Shown one piece after another: positions 30,850-41,099 of a stretch of 64,000 nucleotides of DNA. This DNA comes from a virus: positions 48,901-112,900 of IMG/VR virus record IMGVR_UViG_3300002052_000002; one strand, given 5' to 3'. Each line of letters starts with the position of its first letter. Positions within the stretch are counted from its first letter, which is position 1. The notes beneath the pieces were generated by a model that searched no databases, had not been told where the DNA came from, and saw only the letters and a program-made list of their open reading frames with translations. The translations under genes and the position numbers were made by a program.

Positions 30850-31221
30850 ATGGCAGGAACCGTAACATTGGAAATGACGGCAGGCGGACGAAGGCCCATG
30901 AGGTTGATTGGAGATAAAGATCTAGTCGTAGTTGTGGGAAGATTTACTTTCGACAGTGAGTACGTTACTGGTGGGGAGGATCTTACTGCAGCAGATTTAG
31001 ATTTACAAGAGATTATAACTCTTATCCCTTCTCCACTTTTCTCGGGTGGATCTACTAACAGAGGAGGCGGAATCCCTGTAGTGTATGATCATGATAACTC
31101 TAAGATTATTGCTATAGGACCAAGCGCAGTCCCTGGTGGATCTGATCTCTCTTTTGAGGTTCAGAATGGCACCGACCTCTCTGCTTTTTCATGCCGCTTC
31201 ATCGCAATAGGATATCAATAA
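30850..31221 (+). CDS. Small virion structural / decoration-like protein
   Basis: FD..Y.TGGE.L and EV.NGTDLS.....AIG motifs of a recurrent phage structural family; AGGAGGTG RBS. Confidence 0.5.
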   Translation: MAGTVTLEMTAGGRRPMRLIGDKDLVVVVGRFTFDSEYVTGGEDLTAADLDLQEIITLIPSPLFSGGSTNRGGGIPVVYDHDNSKIIAIGPSAVPGGSDLSFEVQNGTDLSAFSCRFIAIGYQ

Positions 31222-31245
31222 TCCTACCGTTTGACAATCCCAAAA

Positions 31246-31279
31246 TAGGCAGGGGCCAGACCCCTGGCCCCAAAGCCTA
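31246..31279 (+). promoter_or_regulatory. GC-rich hairpin at the head of the glycosylation cluster
   Basis: GGGGCCAG/CTGGCCCC 8-bp stem, loop ACCC, outer TAGGC/GCCTA; no U-tract; abuts the AAGGAG RBS. Confidence 0.55.
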
Positions 31280-31294
31280 GCAAAGGAGACTTAC

Positions 31295-32389
31295 ATGTTA
31301 GAAACACAAATCGAAGCTATTCATTATAAGAATAGATTGGAAGATATTGACTTTACAAAGAAACTTAAAGTAGCAATCGTGGCTGGAGATCGTTCTGGCC
31401 CATTTTACCACGACTATGGAGTCCCCATCCCTTTCTTTCAAAGCGTGACAGGATTAGAATTTACATGCTTTGATGCTTTAAACCCCCTCGTACAGAAAGG
31501 CCATGATATTATCCAGTTCCAAAGACAGTACTCTCCTGAATCCTGTATGATACTTAGAAAACTGCGGGAAGAAGGGGTAGTTACTATGGCTTTGGTGGAT
31601 GATAATGTCTGGGAACTTCCAGATACTAATCCTGCTAAAGCGACCTATCAAGGAGATATACTGGAGCGTTATCAATTAATCTTATCCGAGACGCATTCCA
31701 TATGTACATCTACGCCCTACCTAAAACAGCTTATCAAACCATTTAATCCGAATGTCTACATATGGAGAAATCTTGTAGACCCCTCCATCGCACAATTCCG
31801 CTATTTCGACAGAGATAATCCAGAAGAAATAAGGATTGGCTGGACTCTCACTATCCATCACGCTGGGGATGCTGGAATTGCTATGCCTGCTCTAGTGGAC
31901 ATTTGCAGAAAGTATCCTCAAGTAAAGCTTATATTCATGGGATGGATGCCGCCTTACATAGTGCAGAATGTACCAAAAGAAAGATATGAGTATTATGACT
32001 TTGTGCCAGTAGATGCCTTTTATGCTTGCTTTGGTTCATTGGATTTTGATATAGGCATTGCTCCATTAGAGGATAACGGATTCAATTGGGGCAAAACAGC
32101 TAGGAAGATGCAGGAATACGCTATTTTGAAGATTCCTGCTATTGTATCCCCTGTTAGGCCATATGACGAATGGAGTGATGGAGATACTTGCTTGAAACCA
32201 AAAGATAATACACATGCGAATTGGGTTAAGGCATTAAGTAGAATGATTGAGGAAAAAGAACTTAGAGAGAAATTAGTAGAGAATGCATACATCCAAGTAA
32301 TGGAAAATCATGATATAAATAAATACATTTTTGAGAGGGCAATCCCCTACTATGAAACATATGAGAAAGTTCAAAAAGGAGAATTATAA
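31295..32389 (+). CDS. Glycosyltransferase, GT-B (GT4-like)
   Basis: VDDNVW, CTSTPYL, IRIGW, DIGIAPL.DN.FN..K..K..EY. Confidence 0.85.
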   Translation: MLETQIEAIHYKNRLEDIDFTKKLKVAIVAGDRSGPFYHDYGVPIPFFQSVTGLEFTCFDALNPLVQKGHDIIQFQRQYSPESCMILRKLREEGVVTMALVDDNVWELPDTNPAKATYQGDILERYQLILSETHSICTSTPYLKQLIKPFNPNVYIWRNLVDPSIAQFRYFDRDNPEEIRIGWTLTIHHAGDAGIAMPALVDICRKYPQVKLIFMGWMPPYIVQNVPKERYEYYDFVPVDAFYACFGSLDFDIGIAPLEDNGFNWGKTARKMQEYAILKIPAIVSPVRPYDEWSDGDTCLKPKDNTHANWVKALSRMIEEKELREKLVENAYIQVMENHDINKYIFERAIPYYETYEKVQKGEL

Positions 32390-34536
32390 TGGGAGATGCA
32401 AAACGTAGAGAACAAGCAGGACAGATGCCTTGGCAGCGCCCTCAAGAAGGCCCTCGCCATCTGCCGCCAAATATAACTCCAGGGCAAATAGTACCTTCTG
32501 GGCATAAAGTAATAGCATTTTTAGCCCCAGCTTTAGATTGTTGTACGGAGAAAATTATAGGAGAAATGGCTCCTTACTGGCAGAAAGATAAATATTTTAC
32601 TGTAGTGGTAAATGAAAAGAAGTGCAAAGAAGTGTTAAAATTTATGCCGCATATAGTGGTACTATTTCGCGTGGCCACGAAACAGATCCAAATTCCAGAG
32701 GTTCAAGAAATTGGTGGGTTTGTAAAACACATGCAAGGATTAGGGGTTAAAGTATTTTATTATATAGATGACTTACTCATTAATGCAAATAAGGGAGCCC
32801 CCATGTTCCTAGCATCTTTATGTGACGAAATAATCGTAGCCACAGATCGGCTCAAACAAATATTTAGAACTAATATAGGGCTCAAGCCTATTAATATAAT
32901 TAAAACACATATAGATTTACCAGCTATAGATTCTTTTCCAAGATCTCCATTAGTTCCATTTAGTGGATATAATATTTTAATGTCAAGCTCTGGTAGAATT
33001 GGAACGCTTATGATGATGCGTATTATGGATTATATGAACCAACACCCAGAGAAATATAAAGATGTGAATATGTTATTCATAGCTGGTGGGGTATCACAAA
33101 TTCGAAGTGTTGTGAATAAATTTAGGAATATCAAAAAGCATTATTTCGAATTTATGCCGTCACGAGATTTCTATAGTGTATGTAAAAGTGTGGACTTAAT
33201 TCTATCTCCAGGAGAAATAGGAGACCTAGATTATATGATTCCAAGAGAGCAGCAACAGGCGTGGTTGGATTCAAAAAGCTGTTTGAAATATACACTAGCA
33301 GGAGCCGCCGGAATTCCTTGTATTGCAAGTAGAAAACAAGCAGAATACGCATCTGCTATTAAGCACGGAGAGACAGGGTTCTTAGCCGATTCTCTAGAAG
33401 AATGGATGAGATATATTGATTTATGTCATGAAGATAAAGAAGCGGCTACGAAGATCGGAGAAGCTGCTAGGAAGGATATGGAGGATAATTGGAATATTAC
33501 GAAAAGAGCTAATGATTTCTTAGATGTCCTTACTGGAAGACAAAGGCCTGGAATTAATACTAATAAGATATGGCTTCCATTGTATGGAGGCGGAGGACCA
33601 GGAACTTTCTCCAGTGTAATGCATAAGTACGTCCCACAAATAGATTCTAAATGGGAAACTGTAGAATTTCTTTCCGATCCAGTACAGGCTGCAATTGTTG
33701 TTGCATATATAGGTGCACCTGCGGCCATAAAGAAGAAGGAAGAAAATTCATCTATAAAATTAATATCTAGAGTAGATGGACTGCCTTATAATCTGGATAC
33801 TGGAGAATTGCAGATGGAACACTTGAATATTATGCAAGAAGTAATGCACAAAGCAGATATAATAGTATATCAAAGCGAATTTTGCAAAAGAGCATGGGCT
33901 CCTTATACTAAAGGGATTGCGACTCCGTCTACTATAATTCCTAATGGAGTAGATAGAGAGATATTTTCTCCAGAAGGAGAAAAGTTCCCTATGGATAAAA
34001 CAAAGTTCAATATACTACACGTGAACTATTCCACCTTTCAGCATAAGAGAAAGGATCTGTTAGAGGATATTATTAAATATGCCGGAGAGAATTTGCCCAA
34101 TGTCCACTTTACTTTAGTGGGACAGTATATAGATACTACGATCATCAAAGACATGCAGAAATGGGCAGCTTATGATAATGTCACCTATATTGGAACAATC
34201 ACTGGACAGTATGAAGCAGCACGTAGAAAGTTAGCTAGTCTATACCGTGCAGCTGACGCCCTACTTTTTACCTCCAAGATGGAGGGAAGTCCAAATACCG
34301 CATTAGAAGCTTTTGGATGTGGACTACCAATCATATATAACACAGAGGCTGATATAATCCCAGAGTTACAGGGAGAGACTGGATTTGGATTTCACGATGC
34401 AGAATCTTTTGAGCAGATTGTTAGAAATTGGGATACTAAATTGATTGAATTTATTAAGAAAGAGAAATTACCTAAACTGGCAGTGAAATACTCTGCGGAG
34501 AATATGGTGAAAGCTTATCTGGAGATCCTTAAATGA
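32389..34536 (+). CDS. Tandem double GT-B glycosyltransferase
   Basis: Module 1: YYIDD, KS.LKY..AG..GIP. Module 2: GGPG.F, IIPNGVD, EGSPN..LEA..CGLP. Confidence 0.85.
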   Translation: MGDAKRREQAGQMPWQRPQEGPRHLPPNITPGQIVPSGHKVIAFLAPALDCCTEKIIGEMAPYWQKDKYFTVVVNEKKCKEVLKFMPHIVVLFRVATKQIQIPEVQEIGGFVKHMQGLGVKVFYYIDDLLINANKGAPMFLASLCDEIIVATDRLKQIFRTNIGLKPINIIKTHIDLPAIDSFPRSPLVPFSGYNILMSSSGRIGTLMMMRIMDYMNQHPEKYKDVNMLFIAGGVSQIRSVVNKFRNIKKHYFEFMPSRDFYSVCKSVDLILSPGEIGDLDYMIPREQQQAWLDSKSCLKYTLAGAAGIPCIASRKQAEYASAIKHGETGFLADSLEEWMRYIDLCHEDKEAATKIGEAARKDMEDNWNITKRANDFLDVLTGRQRPGINTNKIWLPLYGGGGPGTFSSVMHKYVPQIDSKWETVEFLSDPVQAAIVVAYIGAPAAIKKKEENSSIKLISRVDGLPYNLDTGELQMEHLNIMQEVMHKADIIVYQSEFCKRAWAPYTKGIATPSTIIPNGVDREIFSPEGEKFPMDKTKFNILHVNYSTFQHKRKDLLEDIIKYAGENLPNVHFTLVGQYIDTTIIKDMQKWAAYDNVTYIGTITGQYEAARRKLASLYRAADALLFTSKMEGSPNTALEAFGCGLPIIYNTEADIIPELQGETGFGFHDAESFEQIVRNWDTKLIEFIKKEKLPKLAVKYSAENMVKAYLEILK

Positions 34537-35069
34537 AGATAGATCTAGGCGGCGGGCTGCGCTCTAGAAGAGGTTATGTTAATTTTGATATTATAGAGGC
34601 ACCCACCGTAGATGTAAGATGTGATCTTAGAAATGGAATTCCATGTAAAGATGAATCTGTGGAAGGTATAATTACACTGGAATTTCTAGAACATCTTACT
34701 AAATCAGAAGCAGAATTGTTATTGAAAGAATGCTATAGAGTACTTAAGAAGGGAGGAGAACTAATAATAAGTTGTCCAGATTTCTTAGGCACCATAAGAG
34801 CTTTTAGTATCGCATATGACAACCGCCAAATCCGATATCTTTATACACAGATATATGGAGGGCAAACTACTCCATATGATTTTCATAAAAGTGGTTGGAT
34901 ATTACCAGAATTAGCCATACTCCTTTCCAACATTGGATTTACAGATATAGAAGATTGTAAACTAGAATTTCTCAGACAATGCAAAAGAGATCCTGAATTT
35001 CCAGGAGGACGCCCATTTACTGCTGAAGAATTTGCTGATATCAAGCTTAATATAAAGGCTATAAAATGA
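34533..35069 (+). CDS. Class I SAM-dependent methyltransferase
   Basis: IDLGGG, FLEHL, YRVLKKGG.L.ISCPD. Confidence 0.85.
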   Translation: MKIDLGGGLRSRRGYVNFDIIEAPTVDVRCDLRNGIPCKDESVEGIITLEFLEHLTKSEAELLLKECYRVLKKGGELIISCPDFLGTIRAFSIAYDNRQIRYLYTQIYGGQTTPYDFHKSGWILPELAILLSNIGFTDIEDCKLEFLRQCKRDPEFPGGRPFTAEEFADIKLNIKAIK

Positions 35070-35905
35070 AACCATTAATCATTATTCAGATACTTGGACG
35101 CGGAGAAACCGCTAGTAAATGCTTTAATCTATTAAATCGAAATACGAAGCGGGAAGAATATGAATTATGTATTGTAGATCAGGATGCTACTGAAAAGGCG
35201 AAGAAAGCAATACAGGAAGTTAGTCCAGATTATAAAATAACTAGGGAATTTAATTCTGGGATTGTATTTGGTATTAATGAGGCCGCTGCTAAGTTTAGAA
35301 AACCTGGACAATCTATCATTAAGATAGATGACGACGTACATATTCTATCTGATACTTGGTTAGAATTATTTAATAAAGTATTAGCTACACCTAAAATAGG
35401 ATCTTGTCTGGGGAGACGTCCTACATTCTTTATAGATGCTCCAGAAAGATTCCCATTATATATAAAGATGCCCAAATATGAAATAGATGGAATATGGGTC
35501 GAAGAACCCATAAATGGATTAGTCGGTTGCTGGTGGGCTATAGGAGGTGATGTCCTGGATAAGTTAGGATATTTAAATGAGGCAACACAGAATGATGATA
35601 TGGATTATTTTATTAGGATGAAGGCATTGGGCTGGAAATCGGTATATATTCCAGATGCTATTTGTTACCAGCCATTTGATGAGCCAATAGATCATCCTAC
35701 TTATGGAATCGTTAGAAAGCTTGTTAGCCAACAATCTACACTCGCCCAAAATTACTATTCAATTTATAACTCTGGACAATTATTATATCTTCCTAGTATA
35801 TTCGATAACAATGGAGATAATCTATTTTATCTTAAAGAAGCTCAAAAGATGTATAAGGAGTATGAAAATGAGACTAAGCGATGCCGTACAAAAGGCATTG
35901 AATGA
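35066..35905 (+). CDS. Glycosyltransferase family 2 (GT-A)
   Basis: IVDQ, N.G...GIN, KIDDD (DxD), LGYLNE...DD.DY..R. Confidence 0.8.
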   Translation: MKPLIIIQILGRGETASKCFNLLNRNTKREEYELCIVDQDATEKAKKAIQEVSPDYKITREFNSGIVFGINEAAAKFRKPGQSIIKIDDDVHILSDTWLELFNKVLATPKIGSCLGRRPTFFIDAPERFPLYIKMPKYEIDGIWVEEPINGLVGCWWAIGGDVLDKLGYLNEATQNDDMDYFIRMKALGWKSVYIPDAICYQPFDEPIDHPTYGIVRKLVSQQSTLAQNYYSIYNSGQLLYLPSIFDNNGDNLFYLKEAQKMYKEYENETKRCRTKGIE

Positions 35906-36401
35906 AAATAGAAAAATAAATATTGATATTGGCTGTGGCCCAAAACCTGTACAAGGGTTTTTTGGGATTGACATGCAGGAGGATCTACATCCAGATATAG
36001 TTTGTAACCTTGAGAAAGAGAAGCTTCCTCTACCAGATAATTCTGTTGGAGCAGTTTATTCCTGCTATTTTCTGGAACATATAAATAATGTGTTGGATAT
36101 TATGGATGAGATTTGGAGAGTCACAGTTCCAGGAGCGTTAACAATTATTATAGTTCCACATTGGGCATGGGACGGACAGCATAAGGATCCCACACACAAA
36201 ACGACATTTAGTGAAGACAGTTATAAATATTGGGATTCTAGAGATGTGTCAGTTCCACACTATGGGCATGTGTCTAAATTTGATTTAGTCGATTTGAAGT
36301 TTAGGTTTGCTCCTTGGGCAACGGATGAGCATAAGGCTACATCTAAAATGTATAGAAATGTAATAGAAAATATGACTTTTATATTAAGGACAGTAAAATG
36401 A
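35868..36401 (+). CDS. Class I SAM-dependent methyltransferase
   Basis: IDIGCG, LPDNSV, FLEH, EIWRV..PG, DPTH; AAGGAG RBS favours start 35868. Confidence 0.85.
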   Translation: MRLSDAVQKALNENRKINIDIGCGPKPVQGFFGIDMQEDLHPDIVCNLEKEKLPLPDNSVGAVYSCYFLEHINNVLDIMDEIWRVTVPGALTIIIVPHWAWDGQHKDPTHKTTFSEDSYKYWDSRDVSVPHYGHVSKFDLVDLKFRFAPWATDEHKATSKMYRNVIENMTFILRTVK

Positions 36402-38671
36402 AAATATTATGGTTCCCAATTGGGGATATCAATACGGCTAGTACTAGAATTATGTGTTATCTACCATCCGCTTGGTTAAACAAGAATGGAATACAATCAG
36501 ATGTATTCTCTGGAATAGAAGATGCCAAAGAATATGATATATTGATTTTCCAGAAAGTATATGATAACTCATTCCAGGATTTAGCAAAAGAGATGAAAAG
36601 TTTAGGAAAGAAGATCATATATATTATTGATGATTTATACGAAGAAGGCTTTCCGATGGCCAAGATGGCCGATATCGTAGTTTGTGGATCTGATTATATA
36701 AAAGAGTGGATTCGCCCATTTACTAAGGCTGAACTCCATGTAATGGATGATGCATATGAAACTCCTAAAGATCTGTGTAAGAAGTCATACGATCCGAAAG
36801 ATAGATTAAAGGTGACTTGGTTCGGAACGTTGTTACACTTTCCACAGGCGGAAGAGATGCGTCCAATCATCGAACAATTAGGATTCAAATATGAGACCAT
36901 TACAGCACATGCGCAAGCGACAAAGCGATGGAGTTTGGACACTATTTGGGATGACCTATTAAATACTGATGTTATAATCATTCCATTCTTAGGTGAGCTG
37001 CCTCCATATGAATTAGCTAAAGGGAATAATCGACTCACCCAATCAATGGTTTTAGGCCTACCAGTGGTAACTTCCCCTATTCCGGCGTATCTGCCAATTA
37101 TTAAACAGGGGAAAAACGGATTTATTTGTTATAATAATACTAAAGAAGATTTTGTCAACTATTTGACATTATTGAAAGATCACACCTTACGTTCAAAAAT
37201 AGGAGCACGAGCTAGGTTAGACGTAATAGAAGAATATTCCATTGATTCCATTGGGAAAAGATGGTTAAAGATTCTGAACAATGTAAAGCATATACCAACT
37301 AAGAAGAGTAAAGGTTCAGTACTTTTGTATTACCCTGAAGTATCATATATAAAAACTCCAGGGCTACACAGAGCACCATATTCTACACTAAGTATAGCAC
37401 AGCCATTAATAGATGAGGGGTATGAAGTAGATCTATTTGATGCAAGAGTGGACGATGTGCGCCTGTTAAATAATTATCTATCGAAAAAGCCCATCTTTAT
37501 AGGAGTTAGCAGTCTAATTGGACAACAGCTAAGAGATGCTGGAAATTTTGCTAGGTACATAAAATCATTGAACTTACCTACTCCAATAGTTTGGGGAGGC
37601 TGGGCAGCGTCCTTGATTCCAGAGGATTTGATAAAAGAGTCATTTGTAGATATTGTGGCTAAAGGGCAGTTTGAGCATCGGATAAATAACCTAATAGAGG
37701 ATATCCAATCTGGAGAAAAGTCTTGTCCTGGCGCACTGTGGAAGGCTGCAGATGGTAATTTGACGGATACTGGAGCCCCCTCTTTACCAGACAAGCTTAG
37801 CAAGGCTCCCGTAGAATTGCTAGATTTAGATAAGTATGGCCCTTATTGGGGGTTTTTGACTAGCCTAGGTTGCTATATGCGATGTAAATTCTGTAGTGGG
37901 GCATCTATCTGGAACAGGAAATACAGATGTAAGGACATAGATGATGTCATCCAAGAGTTAATATACGTCATTAAGACTAAAAAGCATGTGATACATTTAA
38001 ATCTAGATGATGATGAATTCTTTTGGAATAAGAAGAGGGTCATAGAATTCTGTGAGAAATGGATAAATACTAAATTAAATCGTTTTCCTATATCTACGTT
38101 AGTTCACGTCCGAGCCGCTTTGACATATCCTAATGATTTGTACCATTTAATGCATAGAGCCGGAATTAGAGAGGTACTAATAGGGGCGGAAAGCGGAAGC
38201 CAGACAATCCTAGATAGGCTAGATAAACGACAAACTAAAGATCATGTTTTACAGTTCGTTGAAAAGATCACTCAATTTGGGATGATTCCTGATTTATCTA
38301 CTATGACTGGATTTCCTGATTCTGATGAGATAGGAGATTTTAAAGAAACTATCTTAATGTTGCAAGAAGCTTATCGGATTAATCCACATATGAAGTTCAA
38401 GTTGTTTTGGGTAAGGCCCTATCCAGGTGCCGGATTATTTGAAGACTTTAAGGCACAGGGTTATAGGATGCCACAAACATTTAAGGAATGGACTGAGTAT
38501 ACCTTACGCTACACCCCATCTTGGGTGAGTAGAGAATTATCGGATATGGTAAATTTCTTTTTAGCTAAATACTTACCAGAACATGGATGGGTATTTACAT
38601 GGGATAACTTTATTAATGAGTTTTGGAGATGTAGGGAACTAGATCAAATACCAATACAGAGAGGAATGTAA
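36398..38671 (+). CDS. GT-B glycosyltransferase fused to a B12-binding radical SAM enzyme
   Basis: N-half ASTR.., IIDD, KG.NR....M.LGLPV; C-half IGVS, VWGG..AS, GCYMRCKFC (CxxxCxxC), IGAESG, PYPG. Confidence 0.85.
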   Translation: MKILWFPIGDINTASTRIMCYLPSAWLNKNGIQSDVFSGIEDAKEYDILIFQKVYDNSFQDLAKEMKSLGKKIIYIIDDLYEEGFPMAKMADIVVCGSDYIKEWIRPFTKAELHVMDDAYETPKDLCKKSYDPKDRLKVTWFGTLLHFPQAEEMRPIIEQLGFKYETITAHAQATKRWSLDTIWDDLLNTDVIIIPFLGELPPYELAKGNNRLTQSMVLGLPVVTSPIPAYLPIIKQGKNGFICYNNTKEDFVNYLTLLKDHTLRSKIGARARLDVIEEYSIDSIGKRWLKILNNVKHIPTKKSKGSVLLYYPEVSYIKTPGLHRAPYSTLSIAQPLIDEGYEVDLFDARVDDVRLLNNYLSKKPIFIGVSSLIGQQLRDAGNFARYIKSLNLPTPIVWGGWAASLIPEDLIKESFVDIVAKGQFEHRINNLIEDIQSGEKSCPGALWKAADGNLTDTGAPSLPDKLSKAPVELLDLDKYGPYWGFLTSLGCYMRCKFCSGASIWNRKYRCKDIDDVIQELIYVIKTKKHVIHLNLDDDEFFWNKKRVIEFCEKWINTKLNRFPISTLVHVRAALTYPNDLYHLMHRAGIREVLIGAESGSQTILDRLDKRQTKDHVLQFVEKITQFGMIPDLSTMTGFPDSDEIGDFKETILMLQEAYRINPHMKFKLFWVRPYPGAGLFEDFKAQGYRMPQTFKEWTEYTLRYTPSWVSRELSDMVNFFLAKYLPEHGWVFTWDNFINEFWRCRELDQIPIQRGM

Positions 38672-38684
38672 GGAGGTGTTTTAA

Positions 38685-39203
38685 ATGGTAGTAAAAACTA
38701 ATAGATTAAATATGCGCCCCCTCAAAGATGAGGACGTAGAACTGATCCGGCAATGGAGAAATAATCATAGAGATTCTTTCTTTGATGCATCTGAGATTAC
38801 TAAAGAGATGCAAAGAGCATGGTATCAAAGATATAAAGAAACCGATGGGAAAGATCAGATGTTTATTATGTGCCTGAAAGATGGTACTGCTATCGGACAG
38901 GTCGCTATCTACAATATCAATGTAGCGGATAGAAATGCTGATTTTGGAAGATTCCTTTTACTTGAAGAATATAGAGGGCATGGTTATGCTGAAGAATGTG
39001 TGAAAGGAATGATGGAATATTGTTTTGAAACCCTTCGGCTTTATAAGGTTAAGATCCAGGTACACTTGGATAATATAGACGCTATTGCTATATATGCAAG
39101 ATCTGGATTCAAAACTACTACAAGACCAATCCTTTATATGGAGAGGGTCAATCCTAATTATGATTGGAAGAAGCCTATAACAATCGCAGGAGAGAAAGAA
39201 TGA
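38685..39203 (+). CDS. GNAT N-acetyltransferase (RimJ/PseH-like)
   Basis: LNMRPL...D...I.QWRN, YRGHGYA, N..AI..Y.RSGF. Confidence 0.85.
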   Translation: MVVKTNRLNMRPLKDEDVELIRQWRNNHRDSFFDASEITKEMQRAWYQRYKETDGKDQMFIMCLKDGTAIGQVAIYNINVADRNADFGRFLLLEEYRGHGYAEECVKGMMEYCFETLRLYKVKIQVHLDNIDAIAIYARSGFKTTTRPILYMERVNPNYDWKKPITIAGEKE

Positions 39204-40315
39204 GACAAGTTACTTTATTCAAAAGCCTTATTTGTCCAGAAGCACATGAACGAGTTAAGAAAGTATTAGAAAGTGGGTGGATAGGACAAGGGCCTGTTGT
39301 TAAGGAATTTGAGGAGGCTTTCGCAGGATATATTGGGACCAAATACGCAGTAGCCACAAATTCTGGCACGGAAGCTCTGAGAATAGCTGTACTTTCTATG
39401 GGCCTGAAGCCTGGAACTAAGGTATTAACCACTCCGAATACCTTCGTATCTACTAACCATGTCTTGTTGCAGAGTGGCCTAGAGCCTATATTCTGTGATA
39501 TAGATCCTAGTAATGGTAATATTGATGTGGAATCTGTATACTATATGCTTAGAAATACTCCTGATATAAAAGGAATTATGATAGTCCATTATTCAGGAAT
39601 ACCAGTGGATCTAGAACAAGTCTATGACTTAGCAAAAGAGTATGGAGCAAAGGTAATTGAAGATTGTGCACATGCCGCTGGTGCCGAATACCATAAAAGG
39701 AAGATAGGTACGAATGCCACGTTTGCCTGTTTCTCTTTCGCGGCTGTAAAGAACTTGACAACTGGTGATGGTGGCATGTTTCTAACTAATGATGAGAAAA
39801 TCTATGAGAAGGCAAGGATGATTAGTTGGATGGGAATTGATAAATCCACCGCTTCTAGAACTACAGATAAGGTCTATCAATGGGGATATAATGTTCCGTA
39901 TTTAGGGACGAAATCCAATATGACTGATATTACTGCCGCAATTGGGGTAGAGCAGTTGAAGCATTTAGATGAATGGAATAATCATCGGACAAAGATCAGA
40001 AACTGGTACGTAGAACATTCTCCAAAGGGATTACGGTTCTCACCAGAATACCAGGATCGTAAATCTGCTAATCATTTCGTATTTTTACGGACTCTATATA
40101 AGACTAATCTGGTTAAATATTTGAGAGATAATGGAGTCCAGACAGGATTCCATTATAGGTCTAATCTGGATTATCCTATGTATGAGAAATGCAAACACGA
40201 TACTCAAACTGGCATGGCAGAATGGACTAGTACTGCGATTAGTATGCCTACACATCTTTATATGACAGAAGAAGATGTTGTATATATAACAGATAAAATA
40301 AAGGAGTTTATGTAA
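39200..40315 (+). CDS. DegT/DnrJ/EryC1/StrS PLP-dependent sugar aminotransferase
   Basis: SGWIGQGP, NSGT.AL, IEDCAHA, FSF.AVKNLTTGDGG. Confidence 0.92.
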   Translation: MRQVTLFKSLICPEAHERVKKVLESGWIGQGPVVKEFEEAFAGYIGTKYAVATNSGTEALRIAVLSMGLKPGTKVLTTPNTFVSTNHVLLQSGLEPIFCDIDPSNGNIDVESVYYMLRNTPDIKGIMIVHYSGIPVDLEQVYDLAKEYGAKVIEDCAHAAGAEYHKRKIGTNATFACFSFAAVKNLTTGDGGMFLTNDEKIYEKARMISWMGIDKSTASRTTDKVYQWGYNVPYLGTKSNMTDITAAIGVEQLKHLDEWNNHRTKIRNWYVEHSPKGLRFSPEYQDRKSANHFVFLRTLYKTNLVKYLRDNGVQTGFHYRSNLDYPMYEKCKHDTQTGMAEWTSTAISMPTHLYMTEEDVVYITDKIKEFM

Positions 40316-40677
40316 TGGAATGGGACTTTTTTCCAGAAGAGGAATTAAAATGTAAATGTGGTTGTGGCGAGTGTGATATGGATGAGGACTTCATGAAAAG
40401 ACTCATCGAGGCCAGAAAAATAGCGGATATCCCTTTCGTCATTACGTCTGGATATAGGTGCGCCCACCATGATTCTATGGTAAGCGGAGCGGGTAATCAC
40501 TCGCAGGGCAAGGCCGTAGACATAAAGTGTATACGTAATTATAACGATAAAAGATTCAAGATTATTGATGCGTTGTTGAAGGCGGGGTTTGTACGAATAG
40601 GAATCGCCCAAGATTTTATTCATGTCGACTCTTGTACAGATAAAACGCAGAAATTGATGTGGCTATATTCAGAATAG
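40315..40677 (+). CDS. Endolysin, peptidase M15A
   Basis: ELKCKCGCG, ITSGYRC, H..GKAVDI, FIHVD. Confidence 0.88.
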   Translation: MEWDFFPEEELKCKCGCGECDMDEDFMKRLIEARKIADIPFVITSGYRCAHHDSMVSGAGNHSQGKAVDIKCIRNYNDKRFKIIDALLKAGFVRIGIAQDFIHVDSCTDKTQKLMWLYSE

Positions 40678-40688
40678 GAGGTGAGATT

Positions 40689-41099
40689 ATGAGTATTTTA
40701 TCAGCTATACCAATTATTGGAGATCTATTTAGAAGTGTTGAGAATGTAATATCTCAAGTTGTAGTGGATAAGGATAAAGCCAATGAACTGACTGTAAAGC
40801 TAGTCGAGATATTCAAAGATACTATGGAGAAATACTATGACTTCATAATAAAGACAGAGGGTGCGTTATCTGATTTAGCACAGTTTGGTATATTTGGCAA
40901 GCTTCTTGCCTTCTTAAGGGTAGGGTGGAGGCCTATATTACAGTGGGGTCTCGTGATTGATATTATCAATCAAAGATTATCGATTGGTACTCCTTTCTTA
41001 GAAATGAAAGAGGAAATTATGTTTGTGACTGGATTAGCGGTATTGAGAGGAGTAGAAAAGGGCTTACCTTTTGTACGGAGAAATGGAAATGGCAAATAG
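40689..41099 (+). CDS. Holin (3TM/GTA-type family)
   Basis: DKDKA, GWRP...W, G...LRGVEK; adjacent to the endolysin. Confidence 0.7.
   Translation: MSILSAIPIIGDLFRSVENVISQVVVDKDKANELTVKLVEIFKDTMEKYYDFIIKTEGALSDLAQFGIFGKLLAFLRVGWRPILQWGLVIDIINQRLSIGTPFLEMKEEIMFVTGLAVLRGVEKGLPFVRRNGNGK

Noticed and set aside
31231-31260. Sigma70 promoter at the perfect TTGACA
   Set aside because: No -10-like hexamer 16-18 bp downstream; that position is GC-rich.
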